The notes below the pieces were generated by a model. That model worked only from the letters and a program-made list of their open reading frames with translations. It did not search any database and was not told the DNA's origin. From Methanobacteriota archaeon (GTDB taxonomy: Archaea > Thermoplasmatota > Poseidoniia > Poseidoniales > Poseidoniaceae), in the NCBI GenBank assembly GCA_002706065.1, contig PAJM01000017.1, positions 77,044 through 141,043 on the forward strand: a stretch of 64,000 bases of DNA, read 5' to 3'. This document shows positions 28,678-38,535 of this stretch, piece by piece. Positions within the stretch are counted from its first letter, which is position 1. Each line of letters begins with the position of its first letter. A program made the translations under genes and the position numbers.

Positions 28678-29079
28678 CTCTATAGAGTCGGTCCAGGCGC
28701 TCAAGTCAATTACTTCCTGAACATCCCAGTGGGTAAATATCGGCAGCTCTGAAAACCATTTCACGATTGACACGTGTTGGTCACTCACTTGCCATGAGTG
28801 AGCCGAAAAAGGTGGCTTCTTATCGTCAACACAGACCAGTGCAACCCAACCATTCGGATAGTACGTCTTGTTCCATGCAAGTATTTCTCCAGTACCTCCG
28901 ACTTCTTCACCAAGTTCCCGAACGAGCGCTTGTTCCGGGTTTTCATCAACTTCGACATGACCTCCAGGGAATTCCCATCCTCGCTCTGGGTGCTGCACCA
29001 TCAAAATCGAACCCGAACTGAGTACTGATTGGGGATTGCTCTTTCGGACGACATATGCTAAAACAAACGTCGGATTCAA
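28663..29079 (-). CDS. NUDIX hydrolase
   Basis: Nudix box WEFPGGHVEVDENPEQALVRELGEEVG; SD GGTGA before a TTG start. Confidence 0.88.
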   Translation of the reverse strand: MNPTFVLAYVVRKSNPQSVLSSGSILMVQHPERGWEFPGGHVEVDENPEQALVRELGEEVGGTGEILAWNKTYYPNGWVALVCVDDKKPPFSAHSWQVSDQHVSIVKWFSELPIFTHWDVQEVIDLSAWTDSIELRHE

Positions 29080-29087
29080 TCAATCAC

Positions 29088-30122
29088 CTACATTTGTGAC
29101 CTACACTGATCGAGATACGTCTGTGCCCAAGTTTCACCCGAAGCGACCAATCGACGGGCCAAGAAGAAAGCTTCCGATATGTTTCCAGAATCAATCAGCG
29201 TCAACAACTTCTGTTCATCACGGTCGGGTTGGTTTGATTGCTCTTCTACATGTTCAACCGATTCAGGCTCAGAGGATTCTTGTCGAACCCGTTTGTTGAG
29301 AAGTTCCATTTGTTGGAGGAAGGCAGTTCTGTGTTCAAGCTTCGGACCACTCCATGGCGTGCGTGCATCTCCGTCCATACGTTCAGTGAGGCGGTTGAGG
29401 AATTCATCTCGCGCAGTCATGTGCGGCATGAGTGTTTGAACGTGGTCGTAACATGACCATGCTGAATCGATTTCTTCCCTCCGCTCATGCAACCGTCCCA
29501 ATTGCATCCAAAGTTCATGATTGATTGGACGATGGGCGAGAAGGTGTCGACTCAATTCAATGAATAAGTCTTCAAATCCTTGCGAGCGCAATAGTTCAAT
29601 TCGGCGTCCATATACGATGTTTGCACGCTGATCTCTGAAGTCTAAATCTCGGCAACGCTCGGCAAATTCGGCAATTTCCAACAACACAGCATCACTTTGC
29701 TCGTCACCGCCTCCACGATGAACAAGTGCCTCCCACCATGCGTCCGGTGTAAGCGGGTCGCGAGCAAACGCAGCTTCCAATAATTCCACACCGAATTCGA
29801 GGTAATCCAGATCTTTCAATTTCTCGAATTGTTCAGTATCTCGCCCGAGGACGGTAAACACATCCTCGAGAACAATTCCAAGACCTGCATTATCTCTGAC
29901 ACCGACCTTGATGTCAGCAAGGCAGCGCCAATTTCGTTCGTCAGTGAAATCATGGAGCAATGCTTGACGGGCATTTTGTTCTGCCCATTCCATGTTTGAT
30001 TGTTTTCGTTCTGGGTCGGCTTTTGCAAGTCGAACAAATTTCTGAGCCTGCGTACGGTATCGGTTCCCGAGATTGCGTCGTGGATGCTGCAAATCATCAT
30101 GGGCAGATTGACGCATGACCAT
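29088..30122 (-). CDS. Hypothetical TPR-like protein
   Basis: 344 aa; TPR-like segment ELWMQLGRLHERREEIDSAWSCYDHV; tightly packed between the ubiD-like and NUDIX genes. Confidence 0.7.
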   Translation of the reverse strand: MVMRQSAHDDLQHPRRNLGNRYRTQAQKFVRLAKADPERKQSNMEWAEQNARQALLHDFTDERNWRCLADIKVGVRDNAGLGIVLEDVFTVLGRDTEQFEKLKDLDYLEFGVELLEAAFARDPLTPDAWWEALVHRGGGDEQSDAVLLEIAEFAERCRDLDFRDQRANIVYGRRIELLRSQGFEDLFIELSRHLLAHRPINHELWMQLGRLHERREEIDSAWSCYDHVQTLMPHMTARDEFLNRLTERMDGDARTPWSGPKLEHRTAFLQQMELLNKRVRQESSEPESVEHVEEQSNQPDRDEQKLLTLIDSGNISEAFFLARRLVASGETWAQTYLDQCRSQM

Positions 30123-30124
30123 CC

Positions 30125-31396
30125 CTACTGGACGCTCATGTAACCTTCTGGGTTATCTGAATGATGGATGGTTGCATCAAAACCAACTTTCGATGTTAAA
30201 CCATCATGATATCGGGAAGGATCGAGGCTAGAGCCCTTTTGATTTGAGAAGATATGTGTGTCTCGATCGGGCTGCCATCGAGTGACCATGGCCCATTCAA
30301 CACGAACAGGGTTGCTGATATCGATGTCCTCATCAACGATTGTGACCATCTTCATCGAACGATGTCCAGCCAATGCTGCTTCAATGGCTTTCCTTCCATC
30401 CTCTTCGGATGTTTTTCGTATTTTGACAATGGCTGCAAGCCAACCACAACCACCTTCAGTCATGTGGACGTCAATGCAATCAACGACTTGAGAGACGGCT
30501 TCTTTGATCGTTGGTGAGCGTGGTAGACCCATCAACGTCTTGTGTTCAGCCTCGCCGGGGATGAGTGCATGAAAGATCGGATGATCTCGATGCAATACAC
30601 CATCGACTTCGATGACGGGCTCTTGACGTACATCGTCTACCGTTCCTGTAATGTCGACATATGGGCCTTCGTCGTCGTCTTCAACTGTGATTCGTCCCCA
30701 CATCGCATATTCTGCATCTGCAGGAACCTCGATGCCATTTGGCAATTCGACCAATTGGAGTGGTTTGTTGTATAATTTTTCGTGCAGTGCAGCAGCGATG
30801 GTCAATTCATCAATTGGTTCATCAAACGACATCGCTCCAGCGAGCAGAACAACAGGATCAGGGGCATTCACGATCGCTATGTTGACTTCATCACCTTGTT
30901 CTCTCGCTTCATTGACCATCGTCCGAAGGTGGCGTGGTACCAATCGTACCACGAGATGATTCTTGTCTCTGAGGAATTGACGATGAAAACTCATGTTCCG
31001 ACGTCCATTGACCTCTGCAATAATGACACTTGCCGACATGTATCGTCCTCGGTCTTGCGGCCAATGATGCGGGATTGGGAGTAAGTTCAAATCGACTTCA
31101 TCTTGCATGTTCTCGTAAACAGGAGCATCTGCTGGAGAGACAACTTCCGGCGTTGATGGGTTCTTCATGGCCCATGCTAATGTATCGATGTAGACTTCTG
31201 GTTGAATTCCTATTGCCTCACAGAGACGATCCCGAGTTAGCATGTTGACAGATATTCGTTGCCCTGATGCTTCTTTGATGTTCTCAAAAAGGAGATTGGG
31301 GTTGGATTGAGACGTGCTGTGTTGCCAAACACCGTGATGCAAGCTGACCTCTTCGTCAACGCGTTTTGCGTGCGTTAGATGGTCACGAAAAGCCAA
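30125..31396 (-). CDS. UbiD-family prenyl-FMN decarboxylase (candidate anhydromevalonate phosphate decarboxylase)
   Basis: DL..LPIP, NMSFHR, RHL, VPADAE, EGPY.D.TG, EH, VDEDID, VEWAM.TR, SSLDPS, KVGFDAT. Confidence 0.88.
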   Translation of the reverse strand: MAFRDHLTHAKRVDEEVSLHHGVWQHSTSQSNPNLLFENIKEASGQRISVNMLTRDRLCEAIGIQPEVYIDTLAWAMKNPSTPEVVSPADAPVYENMQDEVDLNLLPIPHHWPQDRGRYMSASVIIAEVNGRRNMSFHRQFLRDKNHLVVRLVPRHLRTMVNEAREQGDEVNIAIVNAPDPVVLLAGAMSFDEPIDELTIAAALHEKLYNKPLQLVELPNGIEVPADAEYAMWGRITVEDDDEGPYVDITGTVDDVRQEPVIEVDGVLHRDHPIFHALIPGEAEHKTLMGLPRSPTIKEAVSQVVDCIDVHMTEGGCGWLAAIVKIRKTSEEDGRKAIEAALAGHRSMKMVTIVDEDIDISNPVRVEWAMVTRWQPDRDTHIFSNQKGSSLDPSRYHDGLTSKVGFDATIHHSDNPEGYMSVQ

Positions 31397-31408
31397 TGTA
31401 TCACGTCC

Positions 31409-31639
31409 TCAGAATTTTGTCTGAGTATCTTCGACGTAATTTGCACGCGCTTCTTCCGTCATATCGGAGTCGCCCGACATGATGTTCATCCCCGACAGCA
31501 AACCAATCAGTCCGATAGCGTGGGATGTCAAGAGATCGACGTCAGATTCGAGAAGTCCAATCCAATGATTTACAATGACCAGTAGGCCTGTTGCAATGGT
31601 CAAAAGTCCAGCGATGGGACGCAAACCCTGTGGAATCAT
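31409..31639 (-). CDS. Small 2-TM membrane protein
   Basis: 76 aa, two hydrophobic helices; first gene of the ubiD-like unit, with an ATCATAAA box at -29. Confidence 0.6.
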   Translation of the reverse strand: MIPQGLRPIAGLLTIATGLLVIVNHWIGLLESDVDLLTSHAIGLIGLLSGMNIMSGDSDMTEEARANYVEDTQTKF

Positions 31640-31766
31640 GATGCAACTAACAACACCTTGTTTATGATATTATTCTTCATTGTAGACGGATGTTTTATCA
31701 CTTCGTTGAAACGGCGACTTGATATATGAAAGCAAAGTCGCAAAAACGCTCGAATGAGGTTTGAAC

Positions 31767-32195
31767 ATGGGTAGGGGACTCTTTGCAGGTGCTAAAATGG
31801 CCAAGGACCGACAGAAGTTTCGATGGTCTGACCGACGTTACAAGAAGCGTATGCTCAAATCTCGTGCCAAGCACGACCCGCTTGCAGGATCGACTCAGGC
31901 CAAGGGCATCGTTGTCGAAAAGGTCGGCATTGAAGCCAAGCAACCGAACTCCGGTATCCGCAAGGCTGTCAAAATTTCTCTCATCAAAAACGGAAACAAA
32001 CTAACGGCTTTTGCGCCTGGTGATGGTGCAATCAACTTCATCGATGAACACGATGAAGTGATGGTCGAAGGTATCGGTGGACGCATGGGTCGTTCGTACG
32101 GAGATATTCCCGGAGTTAGATACAAAGTCATTCAAGTCAACGGCGTTTCACTCGATGAAATGGTTCGTGGACGTAAGGAGAAGCCAGTCCGCTGA
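31767..32195 (+). CDS. rps12: 30S ribosomal protein S12 (uS12)
   Basis: [41 protein letters not shown]. Confidence 0.98.
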   Translation: MGRGLFAGAKMAKDRQKFRWSDRRYKKRMLKSRAKHDPLAGSTQAKGIVVEKVGIEAKQPNSGIRKAVKISLIKNGNKLTAFAPGDGAINFIDEHDEVMVEGIGGRMGRSYGDIPGVRYKVIQVNGVSLDEMVRGRKEKPVR

Positions 32196-32202
32196 GGTGT
32201 TG

Positions 32203-32811
32203 ATGATGACAGAAGAAGCAGTAGTCGACGAACGCCCAATCGCTGGTATTGGCACGCTTGTTTTCGGAAAGTGGGACGCAGCAGAAGTTGTTTGCAACGA
32301 TCCTGGTCTTGCGCCGTATGTGAATCTCACAACCGTTGGTGTACCTCACACCGGTGGCCGACACGCCAACATGTGGTTTGGTAAGTCCAAGCTCAGTGTT
32401 GTTGAGCGCTACATCAACAAACTCATGCGAACTGGTGCATACACCGGTAAGAAACAATCCGCAATGAAGGCCTTCGAAAATGCTCTCGACGTTCTCGCTG
32501 AGCGTCGAAAGATGAACCCACTCCAGATCTTTGTCGATGCAATCTGCAATGCTGCTCCAATGGAAGAGATTACTCGTATCAAATTCGGGGCAGTTTCGCA
32601 ACCGAAAGCCGTCGATTCTTCACCATCTCGTCGACTTGACGTCGCATTGAAGAATCTCGCAAAGGGTGCACAACAAGGAACGCACAAGTCCAAGCGCACC
32701 CTTCAGCAATGCATCATCAATGAGCTCAACAAGGCATCAGAAGGAGATGCAACATCGTATGCAGTCTCAAAGAGAGAAGAAGTTGAGCGAATCGCTGCAT
32801 CCGCACGATGA
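32203..32811 (+). CDS. rps7: 30S ribosomal protein S7 (uS7)
   Basis: FGKWD, PHTGGRH, NPLQIFVDAI.NAAP.EE, AVDSSP.RR, ERIAASAR; SD GAGGTG. Confidence 0.97.
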   Translation: MMTEEAVVDERPIAGIGTLVFGKWDAAEVVCNDPGLAPYVNLTTVGVPHTGGRHANMWFGKSKLSVVERYINKLMRTGAYTGKKQSAMKAFENALDVLAERRKMNPLQIFVDAICNAAPMEEITRIKFGAVSQPKAVDSSPSRRLDVALKNLAKGAQQGTHKSKRTLQQCIINELNKASEGDATSYAVSKREEVERIAASAR

Positions 32812-32902
32812 AACCGCACACGTCGTCGAATTTCGTCGAACTTTTGCGACTCACTTAAGAACCCCATTCAAGTGGGCGAAATGAACCAGACAGGTGGATA
32901 CC

Positions 32903-35110
32903 ATGGGACGAAAAGAAGACAACATCAAAAAGGCAACAGAAGTTATGCACGTTCTTCCACAGATTCGAAATCTGTGCATTGCTGCACACATTGATCACGG
33001 AAAAACCACCCTCTCTGACAATCTTATTGCTGGCGCTGGGATGATGTCGAGTGATTTGGCTGGTGCTGCACGTGTTCTCGACTTCGATGAGCAAGAGTCC
33101 GCTCGAGGTATTACCATCAACGCAGCATCTGCTTCGATGGTTCACGCAGTCGACGAAACCGACTACCTGATCAATCTCATCGACACACCTGGTCACGTTG
33201 ACTTCGGCGGTGACGTTACACGTGCCATGCGAGCCGTCGACGGTTGTTTCATTCTTGCTTGTGCTGTCGAAGGACCAATGCCACAGACAGAAACTGTTGT
33301 TCGCCAAGCATTGAAAGAAAAGGTGAAGCCAGTTCTCTTCATCAACAAGGTTGACCGATTGATCAACGAATTGCAAGTCACACCAGAAGACATGCTCAAG
33401 CGATTCGAAGAAACAATCACAAAGGTAAATCGTTTGATTAAGCAATTCGCTCCTGAAGAATTCAAGAAAGCATGGCAAGTCAGTGTCCTCGACGGAACTG
33501 TTGCTTTTGGTAGTGCATACCACAACTGGGGTATCACAATTCCGTACATGAAAAAATCCGGAGTCAGTATGACCGATATCTTCCAGTATTGTAACGACGA
33601 GAAGCAAAAGGAACTTGCACAAGCCGCTCCAGTTCACGAAGTTCTACTCGACATGGCTGTAACAAAGTTGCCAAGCCCTGTCGAAGCACAACCCTATCGT
33701 ATCCCGAACATTTGGACAGGAGACCTCGATTCTACAATTGGTAAAGCTATGATGGAGTGCGACCCAGAAGCAGAACTGGCAATGATGATCACTAAGATCT
33801 GGATGGATCCTCACGCAGGTGAAGTCGCTGTAGGCCGAATTTATTCTGGTGCAATATCACAAGGAGAATCTGTCTTTGCCATTGGAGCTGCCAAAGCTGA
33901 ACGTGTTCAACAAGTCAGCATGATGGTTGGTGGTGACCGAATTACTGTTCCAAAGGTCGTGGCTGGTAACATCGCCGCAATTACAGGTATTCGCAGTGCG
34001 GCTGCTGGTGTCACACTCTCTCGGGACAAGGACTTCACACCGTTCGAAGCCATTCGTCACTATTCTGATCCGGTTGTTACCGTTGCTGTTGAACCAAAGA
34101 GCATGAAAGACCTGCCAAAGTTCATTGATGCACTTCGTTCACTTGCCAAGTCAGATGCATCGTTGCAAGTTACTACGAACCAGGAGACTGGTGAAGCGTT
34201 GTTGGCTGGAATGGGTGAACTTCACCTCGAAATCACAGTCTACCGAATTGAAGAAGAACAGAACATCAAGGTGAGTGTTAGCCCACCAATCGTTGTCTAT
34301 CGAGAAGGAGTCCAAGGCAGCAACCGTGGACACGCATTCGAAGGAAAATCTCCGAACCGTCACAACCGGTTCTTCTTCGAGATTGAATCACTTTCAAATG
34401 AAGTCGTTGAAGCTCTACGCAACGGAGACCTCGGCGATGGACCTGTTCGAAACAGTGATGCGAAGGAAACCGGAAACAAATTCGGGGAACTTGGCATGGA
34501 CAAAGATTTGATGCGTAAAATCTACGCTATCAATGGAACCAACGTTTTGGTCAACGACACCAAGGGTATCCAAGGACTGCACGAAACTCGTGAATTGATC
34601 ATTGAAGCATTTAATGAAGTATGTAAGAAAGGTCCAATCGCAGATGAACCAGTTCAAGGAATGTTCGTTCGATTGACTGATGCAAAACTCCACGAAGACG
34701 CCATTCACCGTGGACCTGCACAAACAATCCCTGCCGTCCGCAATGGAATCAAGGGTGCAATGATGCGAGCCAAGACCGTCCTGCTGGAACCCATGCAGAA
34801 GGCGTTCGTTTCCGTACCAAACGACTGGCTTGGACAAGTTACTCGTGAAGTCACGAATCGACGTGGTATCATCGAAGATATGCCAAGCGAAGGCGACGTA
34901 ACAACCGTTGTTGGCGTTTTGCCAATTGCTGAAACCTTTGGATTCTCCAACGATATTCGTGCAGCATCGCAAGGTCGTGCAGTATGGAACACTGAAAACC
35001 TCGGATTTGAGATGCTTCCACCGCAACTCTTTGACAAGGTTGTTGGCGAAATTCGAACTCGTAAGGGATTGAAGCCAGAACCAAACCCAGAATCCTATTA
35101 TTCCGATTGA
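32903..35110 (+). CDS. fusA: Elongation factor EF-2
   Basis: AHIDHGKTT, RGITI, DTPGHVDF, NKVD, GMGELHLE, diphthamide loop LHEDAIHRGPAQ. Confidence 0.98.
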   Translation: MGRKEDNIKKATEVMHVLPQIRNLCIAAHIDHGKTTLSDNLIAGAGMMSSDLAGAARVLDFDEQESARGITINAASASMVHAVDETDYLINLIDTPGHVDFGGDVTRAMRAVDGCFILACAVEGPMPQTETVVRQALKEKVKPVLFINKVDRLINELQVTPEDMLKRFEETITKVNRLIKQFAPEEFKKAWQVSVLDGTVAFGSAYHNWGITIPYMKKSGVSMTDIFQYCNDEKQKELAQAAPVHEVLLDMAVTKLPSPVEAQPYRIPNIWTGDLDSTIGKAMMECDPEAELAMMITKIWMDPHAGEVAVGRIYSGAISQGESVFAIGAAKAERVQQVSMMVGGDRITVPKVVAGNIAAITGIRSAAAGVTLSRDKDFTPFEAIRHYSDPVVTVAVEPKSMKDLPKFIDALRSLAKSDASLQVTTNQETGEALLAGMGELHLEITVYRIEEEQNIKVSVSPPIVVYREGVQGSNRGHAFEGKSPNRHNRFFFEIESLSNEVVEALRNGDLGDGPVRNSDAKETGNKFGELGMDKDLMRKIYAINGTNVLVNDTKGIQGLHETRELIIEAFNEVCKKGPIADEPVQGMFVRLTDAKLHEDAIHRGPAQTIPAVRNGIKGAMMRAKTVLLEPMQKAFVSVPNDWLGQVTREVTNRRGIIEDMPSEGDVTTVVGVLPIAETFGFSNDIRAASQGRAVWNTENLGFEMLPPQLFDKVVGEIRTRKGLKPEPNPESYYSD

Positions 35111-35112
35111 GC

Positions 35113-35583
35113 ATGAGTTCAGGAATAATCTCAGGTCTGTTTGCAACGACTGTTGGCGGCGTACCCAAACCGCAAGTTCCGTCCATTGAAGTTGAATTTC
35201 AAGGGATCAAAGATGAAATTATTCGCGACAAAAAGCATCATGGCGGCCCACAAAGAGCCGTGTGTATTGTCGCTGAGGAAATCATCCATGAATTGCAAGA
35301 CTTAGGACACCCCATTGCTGGTGGTACAACAGGAGAGAATATCCTTCTCAATATAGCCTATGAATCGTTAGAGCCTGGTGTTCAACTTGATTTTGACGAG
35401 GTCAAACTGGAAATTACGACGGCTGCAGTTCCTTGCAAAACAATTTCTGGTTCTTTTTTGAATGGCGAGTTTATGCTGCTATCCAACAAGAAAAGCCCTG
35501 GTAAAACCCGCTGGTATGCTCGAGTTCTTCAAGAAGGAACAATCCATGATGGCGAGAAGGTTCTCATCAGCACAAACGTTTGA
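35113..35583 (+). CDS. MOSC domain protein
   Basis: GGVPK, HHGG..RAV, GENI, PCK, YARVL.EG.I..GE. Confidence 0.85.
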   Translation: MSSGIISGLFATTVGGVPKPQVPSIEVEFQGIKDEIIRDKKHHGGPQRAVCIVAEEIIHELQDLGHPIAGGTTGENILLNIAYESLEPGVQLDFDEVKLEITTAAVPCKTISGSFLNGEFMLLSNKKSPGKTRWYARVLQEGTIHDGEKVLISTNV

Positions 35584-37321
35584 GTTGCAAGTCTGTTAAT
35601 TCTCGTAAAGCGAGCATTGCAGGACCGTCAGGTATGCGATCTAAGCAAGCGTGAGCACGCTGATGGTATTCATTCGCCTTGGCACGTGCGTACTCAATCG
35701 ATCCTAATTCTTCAAGAGCTTTGATTCCATCCTGAATCATTTCCTCAGTAGCCTCTTCACACGTACCCAATACTGACATCAATCGAGACTTGGGTTCAGA
35801 GTCGGGTTGTTCAAGCGCATGAATTACCATCAGGGTTTGCTTTCCTTGAGCTACATCAGATCCTGTTGGTTTTCCTAAGGTTGCTGAATCTGAGAGCACA
35901 TCAATCAAATCATCCATCAGTTGGAAGCAAAGACCAACGGATCGGCCCCATTCAGCCAGACATTCTATGGTCTCGTCATCTGCTCCAGCAACACGCGCAC
36001 CCAACTCAGCACAAATGTGGAACATAACTGCTGTTTTCCCTTCAATCATCTCCAAGTATTCGTCTTCTGTTACCCGTTCTCGGCGTTCAAATTCAATGTC
36101 CAATTGTTGGCCTTCAGAGACACGTCGAACCATCCATGCGATTCGATTCACGAGTGAAGGTATGTCCTGCAAGTCAATGTTTGCTGACATGACCAATCGT
36201 TCAAAGGCGATTGCAAGCATCGCATCTCCAGCATTGATTGCAGTTGGCAGATCGTATTCGATGTGAACTGCATTTCGACCTCTTCGTATCTCATCATCGT
36301 CCATGATGTCGTCGTGGACGAGGGTAAAGTTGTGGATGGTTTCGATCGCAGCTCCAATATCCAAAAGCCCAGAATGCGTATCACCTACTGCACGACCAAC
36401 CAACCAAGGCAGGGTCGCACGCATTCGTTTCCCACCACCGTGGATAAGATGCATCATCGCACCTGCCAACCTTTCATGCCTTGATGCTGTCAGACTCTCG
36501 ACGATACGTCGCTCAATAAAGGGTCGAACTTCCTTAATGCTGGTCATCAAATCAGCACCTTCGGCATTTGGAAGCATGTGCGTGACGTCGCCCATGTCGT
36601 GAATCAAGCCATCCTGGAGTGCTTCACATGCTGCTTTGTCCCCAATTGCATTCCACCAATCAGAATTCATCAAAACTGCAGCGATACAACGGAACCACGG
36701 GGCGATAATGTTGTCAGGGTCTTCTGCGACTAGCATTTCATCCAGTTCGTCAACATCAACCCAGCGTATTGCCGAAACTTCATTTTCATTCGGATTTAAT
36801 TCAACATCAGCCTGAATCATCAAGATGTGATCGATTTCTCGTTCAATCCAATCTGCATTCATTCGAGCGGAGTACCGCATTTTTGTGATGAAATGAAAAT
36901 CATCGAAGTTGAGCGATGAGGGTGAAATCCCAAGTTCTTGATCGAGCTTTCGAATCGCTGCAAGCTTGACTCCTCTCGCATTGGTTTCATCCATCTCATC
37001 ATCACTTGCCAACGGGTGAGAACAACAGGAGTTTGCCCAGACACTTGGAAAGGTAATTTTGTCGTGTGCACGTTGCTGCAGAAGGAGTTTCCCTTCAGAG
37101 TTAAACAGCAACACGCTGAATGCACGGTGCAATTCTCCGGCCTGGTAATGACTGTCCGCCTTACTGATCGGACCAACGACGACATCGTTTTCATCGACTT
37201 GCAACACCGCTTCAGCCATCATAGCGGCTTGCGTAGAATCAGAAGACTGAGCGGTCAAGAATTCCGAAACATCGGTATCGATGTCCGCTTTGGGAACATC
37301 TCCGCTTGCATAGTTCGACAT
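35567..37321 (-). CDS. Fusion of type 1 isopentenyl-diphosphate isomerase and geranylgeranyl diphosphate synthase
   Basis: N-terminal LHRAFSVLLF, LLQQRA..KITFP..WANSCCSHP, E.EID; C-terminal GGKRMR, HNFTLVHDDIMD...RRG, GQQLD, KTA, FQLMDDLID. Confidence 0.93.
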   Translation of the reverse strand: MSNYASGDVPKADIDTDVSEFLTAQSSDSTQAAMMAEAVLQVDENDVVVGPISKADSHYQAGELHRAFSVLLFNSEGKLLLQQRAHDKITFPSVWANSCCSHPLASDDEMDETNARGVKLAAIRKLDQELGISPSSLNFDDFHFITKMRYSARMNADWIEREIDHILMIQADVELNPNENEVSAIRWVDVDELDEMLVAEDPDNIIAPWFRCIAAVLMNSDWWNAIGDKAACEALQDGLIHDMGDVTHMLPNAEGADLMTSIKEVRPFIERRIVESLTASRHERLAGAMMHLIHGGGKRMRATLPWLVGRAVGDTHSGLLDIGAAIETIHNFTLVHDDIMDDDEIRRGRNAVHIEYDLPTAINAGDAMLAIAFERLVMSANIDLQDIPSLVNRIAWMVRRVSEGQQLDIEFERRERVTEDEYLEMIEGKTAVMFHICAELGARVAGADDETIECLAEWGRSVGLCFQLMDDLIDVLSDSATLGKPTGSDVAQGKQTLMVIHALEQPDSEPKSRLMSVLGTCEEATEEMIQDGIKALEELGSIEYARAKANEYHQRAHACLDRIPDGPAMLALRELTDLQLKRLC

Positions 37322-37388
37322 ATGAGCCCCAATCTTCCTTTCAATCGGCGCTACATAGACAGTTCGCCTCTGTTTGACGAGATTTCTG

Positions 37389-37631
37389 CTACTTGCGACG
37401 AATGGACCAATTCTTCCGACCTAATCCCTCAAGGGCAACTCCGGTCATGGCACCCCACACGATTGGTTCATCGATTTTGAAGTACATCAATGGAAGCATA
37501 ACAAGAAAAGCGATAATCCAATGATGGAGCCAAATCGAACTTGTTCGAATGTGAAATTTGATGTTTTCAGTCATCAGCCGGGCAAAAGAAAAAGCACAAA
37601 CAAGTCCAAGTGAATAAAATCCAAAATCCAT
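37389..37631 (-). CDS. Small membrane protein
   Basis: 80 aa, hydrophobic, with WLHHW; SD GAGGT; lies between ipk and the IDI-GGPS fusion. Confidence 0.6.
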   Translation of the reverse strand: MDFGFYSLGLVCAFSFARLMTENIKFHIRTSSIWLHHWIIAFLVMLPLMYFKIDEPIVWGAMTGVALEGLGRKNWSIRRK

Positions 37632-37641
37632 TGCACCAACC

Positions 37642-38457
37642 TCACGGTAAAATCGTCGTACCTCTCCATGATTGTAGGCGTACAATTGCGGCAATTCGAT
37701 CCGGATGTTCCCCATTGATGAGGTGGACGCCAATTCCTGATTGGGCAACCAAATGACCCCTGTTGATCTTCAAACCAATTCCGCCAGTCACATCAATGTC
37801 CGATTGATGTAGACCTTGATATTCAACATCAGGGGACCACTCAGCAATCAAATCCAACTCCGTAGCTTCCGATGGAGGAACTCTTAGCAAACCATCGACA
37901 CCACCCATTGCGAAGATAAGGGATTCGACATGCGGTACTTCTAACGAAATTCTTGCAACAAGATCGTCTCCGGACAGAATCCCGAACACCCGTTCATCAT
38001 CCACATCGACAACATCGCCAAAAGTAACGTGAACGGTTGCTGGGTCTGTTGTTAGGAAACGGTCCACTGAACCTGAAAAACGTGGACCGAGATTTGTGGC
38101 CCACGTGTGAGGGGGATGTGAACACACCTTCAATCCGAAACTCTCCAGTTCGGCCACGACAATGGAATTCAGTTCCAGCATATCTTGTCGAACCTCTGCA
38201 ACAGCCTCGACTTGAGAACGACATGCATCACCAACAATATGAAGATCAGCGATCAGACCTTCGTTCAAACGCCATCGTTTTGCTTTAAGATGTCCAAAAG
38301 AGCCAGCACCGTGTACGATAATGACGTGAATGTTCTCTTCAGTTAGTGAGTGAACAACCGAACAAAGATTGCGAATAATCTCGGTATGAGCGACGGATTG
38401 TTCATCCTTTTTTGTTATGAGAGCACCTCCAAATTTGACAACGATGCGTCTCACCAT
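37642..38457 (-). CDS. ipk: Isopentenyl phosphate kinase
   Basis: VKFGGALIT.K, VHGAGSFGH (IPK signature His), FGDVV, ILSGDD, DVTGGIGLK. Confidence 0.92.
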   Translation of the reverse strand: MVRRIVVKFGGALITKKDEQSVAHTEIIRNLCSVVHSLTEENIHVIIVHGAGSFGHLKAKRWRLNEGLIADLHIVGDACRSQVEAVAEVRQDMLELNSIVVAELESFGLKVCSHPPHTWATNLGPRFSGSVDRFLTTDPATVHVTFGDVVDVDDERVFGILSGDDLVARISLEVPHVESLIFAMGGVDGLLRVPPSEATELDLIAEWSPDVEYQGLHQSDIDVTGGIGLKINRGHLVAQSGIGVHLINGEHPDRIAAIVRLQSWRGTTILP

Positions 38458-38478
38458 GAGACGCCTAAGAATCTGACC

Positions 38479-38486
38479 TTCATGAG
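38479..38486 (-). promoter_or_regulatory. TATA-like box CTCATGAA starting 29 nt before the ipk start
   Basis: Identical motif and spacing to the box upstream of dph6 (21877-21884). Confidence 0.6.
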
Positions 38487-38535
38487 TATGTCTACAAAAC
38501 ACAGGATTCAATAATCTGCGATGTTTGACAGCAGT

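Noticed and set aside
32820..32850. Short direct repeat TCGTCGAA and a weak hairpin between rps7 and fusA
   Set aside because: Too short and imperfect to support a regulatory RNA call.
32855..35146. Long antisense ORFs (260 aa and 243 aa) opposite EF-2
   Set aside because: They lie almost entirely over a highly conserved gene and have no recognisable motifs; typical shadow ORFs from codon bias.
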